Assembly: GCA_963663165.1 (NCBI GenBank)
Contig: OY760175.1
Location: forward strand, 3,936,001 to 4,000,000
Direction of reading: 5' to 3'
DNA: 64,000 nucleotides
DNA from: an uncultured Desulfospira sp.
GTDB taxonomy: Bacteria > Desulfobacterota > Desulfobacteria > Desulfobacterales > Desulfobacteraceae
A program made the position numbers and the translations under genes. Each line of letters starts with the position of its first letter. Position 1 is the first letter of the stretch. Of the stretch, positions 1-8,723 are shown in pieces. A model generated the notes under the pieces. The model did not search any database. It worked only from the letters and a program-made list of their open reading frames with translations, and was not told the origin of the DNA.

Positions 1-35
1 CCGGCGCCCAGTACGGTGATTTTTTTAATTTCCAT
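1..35 (-). CDS. 5' end of a 3-hydroxyacyl/3-hydroxybutyryl-CoA dehydrogenase-like gene (runs off the window)
   Basis: Reverse strand reads MEIKKITVLGAG (start of a Rossmann GxG motif), with a GGAG RBS at 42-45. Confidence 0.65.
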   Translation of the reverse strand, partial: MEIKKITVLGA

Positions 36-125
36 GGCGATCTCCTTTTGGCTGTTAGCTGTTAGCTTTTAGCCATTAGCTGTTGGTATTTAGGTGTAAC
101 GGTTGTTGGGGTTTCAAAATTATTT

Positions 126-142
126 AGCATAAACCATGCCGG
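126..142 (-). promoter_or_regulatory. sigma-54 (-24/-12) promoter for the leftward gene
   Basis: Minus strand CCGGCATGGTTTATGCT = GG-N10-GC; lies next to a divergent sigma-54 activator. Confidence 0.65.
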
Positions 143-320
143 AAAGTATATTGATTTTATTTCAAATAGTTACAAGAAGATCCATTTTAACCTCCAAAAA
201 AATTCTGCACCATGGCAAAGAAAAAACTATGCTATTTTACAGAATTTATGATAACTGGAACATGGGACAGTTGTCGGGAGGGCAACAGGAAATCGGCGTA
301 AAAGCGTTGCCCGCCATTGC

Positions 321-1982
321 ATGCCAATTGCCAACAGCCAAAGACTGAAAGCCAGCCAAATGCCACAGCCCCAAATCACCGGAAAAAAACCGGACGAACC
401 CTGGGTGGATGAAAAAGACTTTTTCAGGGAAGCCACCTTGAAACTTTGCTCCACCCTGGATGTGGAGCGGGCCCTGTTTCAATGCCTGACCTATGTGAGC
501 CGGTATGTGCCGGCCGGGCACATGGGATTTCACGTATATGACCCGGATACCGGCATCGTGGACACCATTGCCTATGCCAGGCCCGACGGGTATGCGGCGG
601 TTTCCGTAAAGATCCCCATATCCGGACGGGGAAGAAAACAGGTGGCAAGACAGCGCCTGGCCCGGGTCCGGGTCATTGACCGCCTAGGGGATGATCCCGT
701 GGCAGGCCCTGTGGCCGATTATCTTGATTCCTCGGACCTGTCCGCCGTTGTCATGGACCTGGTTCTGGAAAAGACCATGCTCGGGATTTTCAGCGTATTC
801 AACAACGGCCGGGAAAAATTCTCCTCCCGCCATGTCCATCTGCTCAGCCTCCTGGTCAAGCCCTGCGCCATTGCCCTGACCAACAGCTTAAGGTTCAGGG
901 AACTTAAAAACTTAAAAGAGCTGCTGGCCGACGACAACCGGTACTTTCAGGATGAATTGAACCGGATCTCCGGGGAAAAAGTCATCGGGACGGGCCAGGG
1001 CCTTAAAGGGGTCATGGATATGGTCCACCAGGTCTCCCCTTTGGAAAGCCCGGTGCTGCTGCTCGGAGAGACCGGTACCGGCAAGGAGGTCATTGCCAAT
1101 GCCATCCATAACCTGTCTTTGCGAAAAGACGGCCCCTTTATCCGGGTCAACTGCGGGGCCATCGCCCCGTCCCTTCTGGACAGTGAATTGTTCGGATATG
1201 AAAAAGGGGCCTTTACCGGGGCCGTGTCCCGGAAAAGGGGGCGCATTGAACGGGCCCAGGGCGGCACCCTGTTTTTAGATGAAATCGGGGAGCTGACATC
1301 AGACGCCCAGATCCGGCTGCTCAGGGTTCTTCAGGAAAAGGAGATCGACCGGGTGGGCGGGGCTGAGACCGTAAAGGTGAACATCCGGATCATTGCCGCC
1401 ACCCACCGGAATCTTGAGAAGATGATGTCCGAAGAAAAATTTCGGCCGGACCTGTTTTTCAGACTCAGGGTCTTTCCCATCTCCATTCCCCCGTTGCGGC
1501 AAAGAAAGGCCGATATCCCGGACCTGGTCCGCCACTTTATCATGAAAAAATCCAGGGAGATGAAGCGGCACAACATCCCCACCCCCTCTTCCGAAGCCAT
1601 GGCGCGCCTGATGACCTACCACTGGCCGGGCAATATCCGGGAGCTTGAAAATGCCGTGGAGCGCTCTCTGATCCTGGACCGGGGAGATACCCTCTATTTT
1701 AAAGAAATCGCTAATTCGGGGGCTGATAATTCGGGGGACACTTTACTTAATTGCGCGCAATTAAGTAAAGTGTCCCCCGAATTATCCCCTGAATTAGCGA
1801 AAATGCCGCAAAACCTTGAGCTGGACCGGGTCATGTCTGACCATATCATAAAAATCCTTGACCTTTGCGGCGGCCGGGTGGAAGGGGAAAAAGGGGCGGC
1901 CCGGATATTGAACATCAACCCGTCCACCCTGCGAAAGCGGATGAAAAAGCTGAACATCCCCTTTGGCCGGAGTACCGGTTGA
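321..1982 (+). CDS. Sigma-54-dependent enhancer-binding protein (GAF-like, AAA+, Fis-type HTH); true start may be 360
   Basis: GETGTGKE Walker A, ELFGYEKGAFTGA, LFLDEIGE, WPGNIRELEN, C-terminal HTH (AARILNINPSTLRKRMKKL). Confidence 0.95.
   Translation: MPIANSQRLKASQMPQPQITGKKPDEPWVDEKDFFREATLKLCSTLDVERALFQCLTYVSRYVPAGHMGFHVYDPDTGIVDTIAYARPDGYAAVSVKIPISGRGRKQVARQRLARVRVIDRLGDDPVAGPVADYLDSSDLSAVVMDLVLEKTMLGIFSVFNNGREKFSSRHVHLLSLLVKPCAIALTNSLRFRELKNLKELLADDNRYFQDELNRISGEKVIGTGQGLKGVMDMVHQVSPLESPVLLLGETGTGKEVIANAIHNLSLRKDGPFIRVNCGAIAPSLLDSELFGYEKGAFTGAVSRKRGRIERAQGGTLFLDEIGELTSDAQIRLLRVLQEKEIDRVGGAETVKVNIRIIAATHRNLEKMMSEEKFRPDLFFRLRVFPISIPPLRQRKADIPDLVRHFIMKKSREMKRHNIPTPSSEAMARLMTYHWPGNIRELENAVERSLILDRGDTLYFKEIANSGADNSGDTLLNCAQLSKVSPELSPELAKMPQNLELDRVMSDHIIKILDLCGGRVEGEKGAARILNINPSTLRKRMKKLNIPFGRSTG
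1708..1800. repeat. Palindromic REP/MITE-like element in frame within the activator gene
   Basis: Perfect 62-bp palindrome 1725-1786 plus outer near-perfect arms TCGCTAATTCGGGGG / CCCCTGAATTAGCGA; 93 bp = 31 codons. Confidence 0.85.
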
Positions 1983-2109
1983 GCCGGGTGACTCTCAGGC
2001 AAACGCATCTTGTATTTTCCCGGCATTAACGTTATTAGCTACTAGCAAGCCAGGTCAGCCTGACGGCATGTCCTAACGGCTGACCGACAACAGTTTTAAC
2101 GGAGATCAA

Positions 2110-3360
2110 ATGACCAGACATACCATGCACTTTGACACCCGGGCCATTCACCATGGGTTAAAAGACAATGAATTTAACGGGGCCACCCTTCCCCCCATTT
2201 ACCAGACTGCGGCCCATTACCATGACACCGCCCAGGATTTAAGCCGGACCTTTGCCGGAGAAACCGGCGATCATATCTATATGCGGCTGACCAACCCCAC
2301 CAACCAGTTTTTAGAAGACAAGCTGTGCGCCCTGGAGTCAGGCAAAAAAGCCATTCTGACCTCATCGGGCATGGCCGCCATCAACAACGCCTGCATGACC
2401 CTGCTTCGGGCTGGAGACGAACTGGTGGCCTCCAAATCCCTTTTCATGTCCACCTTTGGGCTGTTCACCCATATTTACGGCAGATACGGCATCAAGGCCG
2501 TGTTTGCCGACCCCATGAACCCTGGAGAGATTGGCGCCGCCATTACGGATAAAACCCGGTTTGTCTATCTGGAGACCATTACCAATCCGGGCATGGAGGT
2601 GGCGGATATCCAAAAGGTGGCCGATGTAGCCCATGCCAAAGGGGTGCCCCTGCTCATCGACAATACCCTGGCTTCGCCCTGGCTGTGCCGGCCCATTGAA
2701 CTCGGGGCCGATATCGTGCTTCACTCCACCACCAAATACCTGTCCGGCCATGGGGGATCCCTGGGAGGGCTGATCGTGGACGGGGGAAATTTTGACTGGT
2801 CACAAGGACGATTTGAGGATTTTTCTCCTGCCTTTAAAAAGAAAAAGAACCTGGCCTTTATCCATAAAGTATGGCAGGAAGCCCAGGTCAACTTCGGCAC
2901 CACCCCGGCGCCCTTTCATTCGTTTTTGACGGCCGTGGGGCTGAACACCTTAGGGGTCAGGATGGAACGGCATATGGAAAACGCCATGAAGACCGCCGCT
3001 TTTCTAAAGGACCACCCCAAGGTGACATGGGTCAACTTTCCAGGATTTGAAGACCACCCCAGCCATGACACCGCCAAGGCCCAGTTCAAGGACCGGGGCT
3101 TTGGGACCATGCTGACCTTTGGGCTGGAAAACGAGACCGCCTGCTTTAAATTCATTGACCGGCTGTCCATGATCCTTAATCTGGCCAACCTGGGAGACTG
3201 TAAAACATTGATCATCCATCCCTGGTCCACCCAGTACGTCAACTTTTCGGCTAAGGAGCGCGAGCAGCTGGCCGATCCCTGTCTGCTGCGGCTGTCCGTG
3301 GGCATTGAGCATATTGACGATATCTGCGCCGATCTGGACCAGGCCCTTTCAGAGGGATAA
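2110..3360 (+). CDS. metY: O-acetylhomoserine sulfhydrylase (Cys/Met metabolism PLP enzyme)
   Basis: YMRLTNPT, SSGMAA, DNT, HSTTKYLSGHG (PLP lysine), LANLGD, LRLSVGIE; directly upstream of metX. Confidence 0.85.
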   Translation: MTRHTMHFDTRAIHHGLKDNEFNGATLPPIYQTAAHYHDTAQDLSRTFAGETGDHIYMRLTNPTNQFLEDKLCALESGKKAILTSSGMAAINNACMTLLRAGDELVASKSLFMSTFGLFTHIYGRYGIKAVFADPMNPGEIGAAITDKTRFVYLETITNPGMEVADIQKVADVAHAKGVPLLIDNTLASPWLCRPIELGADIVLHSTTKYLSGHGGSLGGLIVDGGNFDWSQGRFEDFSPAFKKKKNLAFIHKVWQEAQVNFGTTPAPFHSFLTAVGLNTLGVRMERHMENAMKTAAFLKDHPKVTWVNFPGFEDHPSHDTAKAQFKDRGFGTMLTFGLENETACFKFIDRLSMILNLANLGDCKTLIIHPWSTQYVNFSAKEREQLADPCLLRLSVGIEHIDDICADLDQALSEG

Positions 3361-3365
3361 CCATT

Positions 3366-4532
3366 ATGAGCGAGTACGTTGAACACGACCAGACCGGGGC
3401 TACGGTAGGGCTGGTTGAAAAAAAATATCTGACCTTTGCCGACCCGCCGGACCGGTTTAAACTTGAAAGCGGGTCAGATATCGGGCCGGTCACCCTGGCC
3501 TATGAAACCTGCGGCACCTTAAATGAGGATAAGTCCAATGCCGTTCTGATTTTCCATGCCCTGACCGGGGACTCCCATGTGGCCGGGTATTACAACCCCA
3601 AAGACCCCAAGCCGGGCTGGTGGGACATCATGGTGGGACCGGGAAAGGGCATTGATACGGATTCCTGGTTTGTCATCTGCTGCAATATCCTGGGCTCCTG
3701 CATGGGCACCACAGGGCCGTCCTCCACAAATCCGGACACCGGTAACGCCTACGGTACCGACTTTCCTTTGATCACCATCGGGGATATGGTTAAAGCCCAA
3801 AAACAGCTCCTGGATCACCTGGGGATTGAAAAACTGGCCGCCGTGGTGGGGGGCTCCGTAGGGGGAATGCAGGTTTTGGAATGGTGCATCCGGTACCCGG
3901 AAACCACGGCCTGCGCCGTGGTCCTGGCCTCCACCTGCCGCCATTCAGCCCTGTCCATTGCCTTTAACGAGGTGGCCCGGCAGTCCATCATGGCCGATCC
4001 CAACTGGCAGGAAGGGCATTATTACGGCGGCAAGAAGCCGGACATGGGCCTTGCCATTGCCCGGATGATCGGCCACATCACTTATCTGTCCGATGAGTCC
4101 ATGCGCCTTAAATTCGGCAGAAAACTTCAGAACCGGAGCGCCTTGAGCTTTGAATTTGGGGCGGAATTCCAGGTGGAATCCTATCTTCAACACCAGGGCC
4201 GGGCATTCATCGAACGGTTTGATGCCAACTCCTTTTTGTACATTACCAAGGCGGCCGACTATTTTGACCTGGCCCGGGACCACGGCAAAGGCTCCCTGGT
4301 CAAGGCCTTTTCAAAGGCCAAAGCCCGATTCCTGGTGGTCTCCTATACTTCGGACTGGCTGTATCCCACCTACCAGTCAAAGGAGATGGTGACCGCCATG
4401 AAGAAAAATGATCTGGATATCAGCTTCTGCGAGATTGACGCCCAATGGGGCCATGACGCATTTTTGCTGCCCAATCCCAAGCTGGATGGTTTGATGAGGG
4501 GATTTCTTGGAAGGATGAGGGATGAAGGATGA
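3366..4532 (+). CDS. metX: Homoserine O-acetyltransferase
   Basis: HALTGDSH, GWWD, GGSVGGMQ nucleophile motif, ARMIGHITY, GHDAFLL. Confidence 0.93.
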   Translation: MSEYVEHDQTGATVGLVEKKYLTFADPPDRFKLESGSDIGPVTLAYETCGTLNEDKSNAVLIFHALTGDSHVAGYYNPKDPKPGWWDIMVGPGKGIDTDSWFVICCNILGSCMGTTGPSSTNPDTGNAYGTDFPLITIGDMVKAQKQLLDHLGIEKLAAVVGGSVGGMQVLEWCIRYPETTACAVVLASTCRHSALSIAFNEVARQSIMADPNWQEGHYYGGKKPDMGLAIARMIGHITYLSDESMRLKFGRKLQNRSALSFEFGAEFQVESYLQHQGRAFIERFDANSFLYITKAADYFDLARDHGKGSLVKAFSKAKARFLVVSYTSDWLYPTYQSKEMVTAMKKNDLDISFCEIDAQWGHDAFLLPNPKLDGLMRGFLGRMRDEG

Positions 4533-5185
4533 AAAGGGACGATGTAAGTTTGAGTATGGAAAATTCAACTTGCCGGGAAGGGTCGGGCTTAAGATATGAC
4601 CTTCAGATTATTGCCTCATGGATCAAGCCGGAAAGCCGGGTGCTGTGCCTGGGGTGCGGTGAAGGGGAGATTCTGCACTATCTGAAAACCCAAAAACAGG
4701 TGATCGAGCGGGGCATTGAAATTGAAGAATCCAAGGTCATGTGCTGTATTGGCAAGGGGATTTCCGTTCTTCAGGGAGATATCAATGAGGAAATCCAGGA
4801 TTATCCGGACCAGGCCTTTGACTATGCCATCTGCTCCCAGACCCTTCAGCAGGTTTATGACCCCGCCACCCTGATCCAGGCCATGCTCCGGGTGGCAAAA
4901 ACGGGGATCGTCAGTTTTCCCAACTTCGGCCACTACAAGGTCAGGGCACAGCTTGCCTTTACCGGGTGCGCCCCGGTCACCCGGGAGCTGCCCTATGAAT
5001 GGCATAATACCCCCAATATAAGGGTGTTAAGCCTCACCGATTTCAAGCATTTTGCCCGAAAGGGAGGCTTTCGAATTTTAAAACGCGCGGCCATCAACAC
5101 CCGGGAACATCAGCGGGAAGGCCGGCAGGTAAAGTTTTTACCCAATCTCCTGGCCACTTACGGCATTTTTCTCATTGGAAAGTGA
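4529..5185 (+). CDS. metW: Methionine biosynthesis protein MetW
   Basis: LGCGEG, SQTLQ, IVSFPNFGH, LPYEWHNTPNIR; overlaps the metX stop. Confidence 0.9.
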   Translation: MKRDDVSLSMENSTCREGSGLRYDLQIIASWIKPESRVLCLGCGEGEILHYLKTQKQVIERGIEIEESKVMCCIGKGISVLQGDINEEIQDYPDQAFDYAICSQTLQQVYDPATLIQAMLRVAKTGIVSFPNFGHYKVRAQLAFTGCAPVTRELPYEWHNTPNIRVLSLTDFKHFARKGGFRILKRAAINTREHQREGRQVKFLPNLLATYGIFLIGK

Positions 5186-5294
5186 GTATAGGTTGATAGG
5201 CTGAAGACCGAAGGCTAAAGGGGGGATCGTTGAGGCAAGGTTGAAACCTTCAGCCTAAACCCCTTCAGTCTAAATCCCTGATGAGGAGCATCAA

Positions 5295-6116
5295 ATGACA
5301 GATTATAAATTCTATGAAGTTCAAAAAAAGCCGCCCATTGCCTGGGTCTACCTGAACCGCCCCAAAAAAAACAATGCCATGCATCCCCCGGCATGGAAGG
5401 AGAGCATCCCCATTTTCCAGGACCTGGACCGGGACCCGGAAATCCGGGCCGTGGTGCTGGCCGGCAAAGGAAACTGCTTTTCTGCCGGAATTGATCTGGC
5501 CGGCATGGTCCCGGAGCTGCCAGAACTCATGGACCCCGGGCAAAAAGGCGGAACCAAATGGAAACTGATTGAAAAGATCAAACACCTTCAAGAAGCCATC
5601 ACCTGTATCGAAAAATGCCAAAAACCTGTGATTGCCGCCGTCCACGGCCACTGTATCGGCGCAGGCCTTGATATGATCACGGCCTGTGATATCCGACTGT
5701 GCGCCAAAGACGCCGGCTTTTCCTTGAAAGAGGCGGCCGTGGCCATTGTGGCCGATGTGGGGGTATTGCAGCGCCTGCCCCTGATCGTGGGCCAGGGCAT
5801 CACCCGGGAGATGGCCTTTACCGCCAAAACCATTGATGCGAAACGGGCCAGGGAAATCCTTCTGGTCAACCAGGTGTTTGAAGACCGGGAAGCCCTGTTC
5901 AAAGGGGCGCAAGACATGGCCCTGGAAATTGCAGCCAACGCCCCCATGGCAGTTCAGGCCTCCAAAAATGTCTTAAATTACGGGGTGGGCAAAAGCGTGG
6001 AAGACGGGCTCAATTACGTGGCATCCATCAGTTCCAACATCATCACCTCCAATGACCTCATGGAAGCCATGACCGCATTCATGGAAAAGCGGCCCCCCAA
6101 GTTCACCGGGTCCTGA
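5295..6116 (+). CDS. Enoyl-CoA hydratase/isomerase (crotonase family)
   Basis: LNRP, FSAGIDL, KPVIAAVHGHCIGAG, ADVGVLQRLP. Confidence 0.92.
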   Translation: MTDYKFYEVQKKPPIAWVYLNRPKKNNAMHPPAWKESIPIFQDLDRDPEIRAVVLAGKGNCFSAGIDLAGMVPELPELMDPGQKGGTKWKLIEKIKHLQEAITCIEKCQKPVIAAVHGHCIGAGLDMITACDIRLCAKDAGFSLKEAAVAIVADVGVLQRLPLIVGQGITREMAFTAKTIDAKRAREILLVNQVFEDREALFKGAQDMALEIAANAPMAVQASKNVLNYGVGKSVEDGLNYVASISSNIITSNDLMEAMTAFMEKRPPKFTGS

Positions 6117-6126
6117 TCAGGATGTG
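5685..6126 (+). repeat. Copy 1 of a ~442-bp direct repeat (3' half of the crotonase gene)
   Basis: Near-identical to 7020-7462. Confidence 0.9.
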
Positions 6127-6254
6127 GGTCAAAAGAGGGTCAGGCTTGACATCTTGACATTCACTCAAGCGGCTTGAAGGCCTAAAAAATTTGACTCCAA
6201 CCAATCTCCAGCAAGCTTTCCGGGCTGAATAGTTACAGTGGAGTCTCTATTTTT

Positions 6255-6653
6255 CTACTCTTTTGTCCAGTTATCAACGGCCAGTCCTGGAATCTTTGAA
6301 TAGTGCTTTTCATTATTGGTCACGACCGTATAATTCATGGATAACGCCGTTGATCCAATCAGAAGATCAAAGTCGTCAACCCGAATCCCGTTCAAGGATA
6401 AATCTGCCTTTAGGTGGGCAAAGGTATCCATGATTGTCCGGTTCACTTCAATCACGGGAAATATATCGGACAGGGAATGAACTTTCCCAAGATTTTCAAT
6501 TTTTTTTTGGGATTTATAGGCACCGTACAGGAGTTCTCCAATACTGATAACTGAAATCGCCTTTGGCTCAGCGGCATATTGTTTAAAATTTTTGTTTACA
6601 GTCTCATTTCCTTTCAGAGAATAAATGAGAATGTCCGTATCAATCAAAAACAT
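6255..6653 (-). CDS. vapC: VapC-family PIN-domain toxin
   Basis: LIDTDILI, ISIGELLYG, DDFDLLIGSTA, VTNNEKHY. Confidence 0.92.
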   Translation of the reverse strand: MFLIDTDILIYSLKGNETVNKNFKQYAAEPKAISVISIGELLYGAYKSQKKIENLGKVHSLSDIFPVIEVNRTIMDTFAHLKADLSLNGIRVDDFDLLIGSTALSMNYTVVTNNEKHYSKIPGLAVDNWTKE

Positions 6654-6921
6654 GATGATCCTCTACAGCGTGAAACCTTCTGCTTGATCGCCGGTCCATT
6701 ATGTCTTCAATAATTTTTTCACAACTTTGATTGTCCTGCCAGGAACCGGATAATTTCAGAAATGCATCCGTCTGCTTTTGGGCTTTATTTACCGGTTCAG
6801 ACAAGTAATCCTTTAGAATCATTACCACCTGGCGGCTCAAGGTCCTGTTCTCTGATTCGGCCTTTAACTTCAGGGCCTGGTATAATTGGTCATCCATTGA
6901 CTTGATTTGCAGATTAGCCAT
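6640..6921 (-). CDS. FitA/Arc-like ribbon-helix-helix antitoxin
   Basis: MANLQIKSMDDQLYQALKLKAESENRTLSRQV; overlaps the toxin start. Confidence 0.8.
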   Translation of the reverse strand: MANLQIKSMDDQLYQALKLKAESENRTLSRQVVMILKDYLSEPVNKAQKQTDAFLKLSGSWQDNQSCEKIIEDIMDRRSSRRFHAVEDHHVFD

Positions 6922-7019
6922 TATTTTTCCCCCCTTCACTCATTGCTTTACCAGCCAAATCAAAATTAAATCATGCTTCATGAAAAAACAAGACTTTTTC
7001 ATGAAGCATAAAAGAGATA

Positions 7020-7462
7020 TGCGATATCAGACTGTGCGCCAAAGACGCCGGGGGGTCTTTGAAAGAGGCGGCCGTGGCCATTGTGGCCGATGTGGGGGTA
7101 TTGCAGCGCCTGCCCCTGATCGTGGGCCAGGGCATCACCCGGGAGATGGCCTTTACCGCCAAAACCATTGATGCGAAACGGGCCAGGGAAATCCTTCTGG
7201 TCAACCAGGTGTTTGAAGATCGGGAAGCCCTGTTCAAAGGGGCGCAAGACATGGCCCTGGAAATTGCAGCCAACGCCCCCATGGCAGTTCAGGCCTCCAA
7301 AAATGTCTTAAATTACGGGGTGGGCAAAAGCGTGGAAGACGGGCTCAATTACGTGGCATCCATCAGTTCCAACATCATCACCTCCAATGACCTCATGGAA
7401 GCCATGACCGCATTTATGGAAAGACGCCCCCCCCAAGTTCACCGGGTCCTGATCAGGATGTG
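7020..7462 (+). pseudogene. Duplicated 3' fragment of the crotonase gene (repeat copy 2)
   Basis: Same sequence as 5685-6126 with a few substitutions and one extra base near the end (frameshift); 5' half absent. Confidence 0.9.
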
Positions 7463-7520
7463 ACCCCGAAAGCCAATTTTTACCTTGTAATTTCGGAATA
7501 CCTATCCTAAATTACAAGGT

Positions 7521-8723
7521 ATGATTTCCCGATGGATTACAGATGAAATTAAGAAAAAAATTGGGCAGGTACCGGCCGTTGCGCTGCTTGGGGCCCGTCA
7601 GGTGGGGAAAACCACCCTGGCCAAAGCCATCGCAAAGCAAATAAATTCTGTCTATCTTGACCTGGAATCGCCGGAAGACCTGCTCAAGCTCAGCGACCCG
7701 ACGGCTTTTTTAAATACCCAGGCGGATAAACTGGTCATCTTAGATGAAATACAACGGGCACCGAACCTGTTTTCGGTGTTGCGCGGTCTTATCGACAAAA
7801 ACAGAGAAGAGGGCCGCAAATCCGGGCAATTCCTTTTCCTTGGCTCCGCCTCCATGGATTTAATGCGGCAAACCTCTGAAAGCCTTGCCGGCAGAATCAG
7901 CTATATCCAGATGGGCGGCCTGAATGTCCTTGAAACCGGTTGCGAAAACAAAACCATCCATAAACTTTGGGCAAACGGCGGCTTTCCTGAAAGCTTTCTG
8001 GCTGATGATGACGCAATGGCCATGGATTGGCTCGAGGACTTAATCCGGACCTATCTTGAAAGAGATCTGCCACAGTTGGGATTCCATGTGCCGGCCGTCC
8101 GGATGCGCCGCCTGTGGACCATGCTGGCCCATCTTCAGGGTGAACCGGTAAACTATTCGAAACTGGGCACCAATCTTGAAATAGATGGTAAAACCGTAAG
8201 CCATTATATCGATATCCTTACGGACCTGCTCCTGGTCAGATGCTTAATGCCATGGCATGCCAATGTCAAAAAACGGCTGGTCAAAACACCGCGGTACTAT
8301 ATCCGGGACAGCGGCATCCTACACCGTCTGCTGGGAATTGAACGATATGATGCCTTGCTCTCCAATCCGGTCCTTGGCAAGAGCTGGGAGGGGTTTGTTG
8401 TGGAAAATATTCATTCCGTACTGCCCCGCCGGGCTGAAACATATTTTTACCGGACCGCTGCAGGCGCAGAAATTGATCTGGTTATCAAACTGCCGTCATC
8501 CCAAATCTGGGCTGTAGAAATAAAATATGGCACCGCGCCCAAAATAGGCCGGCATTACAGCGCAATTTGTGATGATGTGGGTGCTGCCCGAAAATATGTT
8601 ATCTACGGGGGAGAGGATGAATTTCCCATTAGCACCGATGTGACGGTCATCTCTTTGCCGCGGTTTATGAAAAAACTTGAGGGGATGGGGGATGGGGCCA
8701 CACCTTACAACCAGGGCAACTGA
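7521..8723 (+). CDS. AAA_14/DUF4143-type ATP-binding protein
   Basis: GARQVGKT, LDEIQR, ESLAGR, GGFPE, C-terminal AEIDLV..AVEIK nuclease-like motif. Confidence 0.88.
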   Translation: MISRWITDEIKKKIGQVPAVALLGARQVGKTTLAKAIAKQINSVYLDLESPEDLLKLSDPTAFLNTQADKLVILDEIQRAPNLFSVLRGLIDKNREEGRKSGQFLFLGSASMDLMRQTSESLAGRISYIQMGGLNVLETGCENKTIHKLWANGGFPESFLADDDAMAMDWLEDLIRTYLERDLPQLGFHVPAVRMRRLWTMLAHLQGEPVNYSKLGTNLEIDGKTVSHYIDILTDLLLVRCLMPWHANVKKRLVKTPRYYIRDSGILHRLLGIERYDALLSNPVLGKSWEGFVVENIHSVLPRRAETYFYRTAAGAEIDLVIKLPSSQIWAVEIKYGTAPKIGRHYSAICDDVGAARKYVIYGGEDEFPISTDVTVISLPRFMKKLEGMGDGATPYNQGN

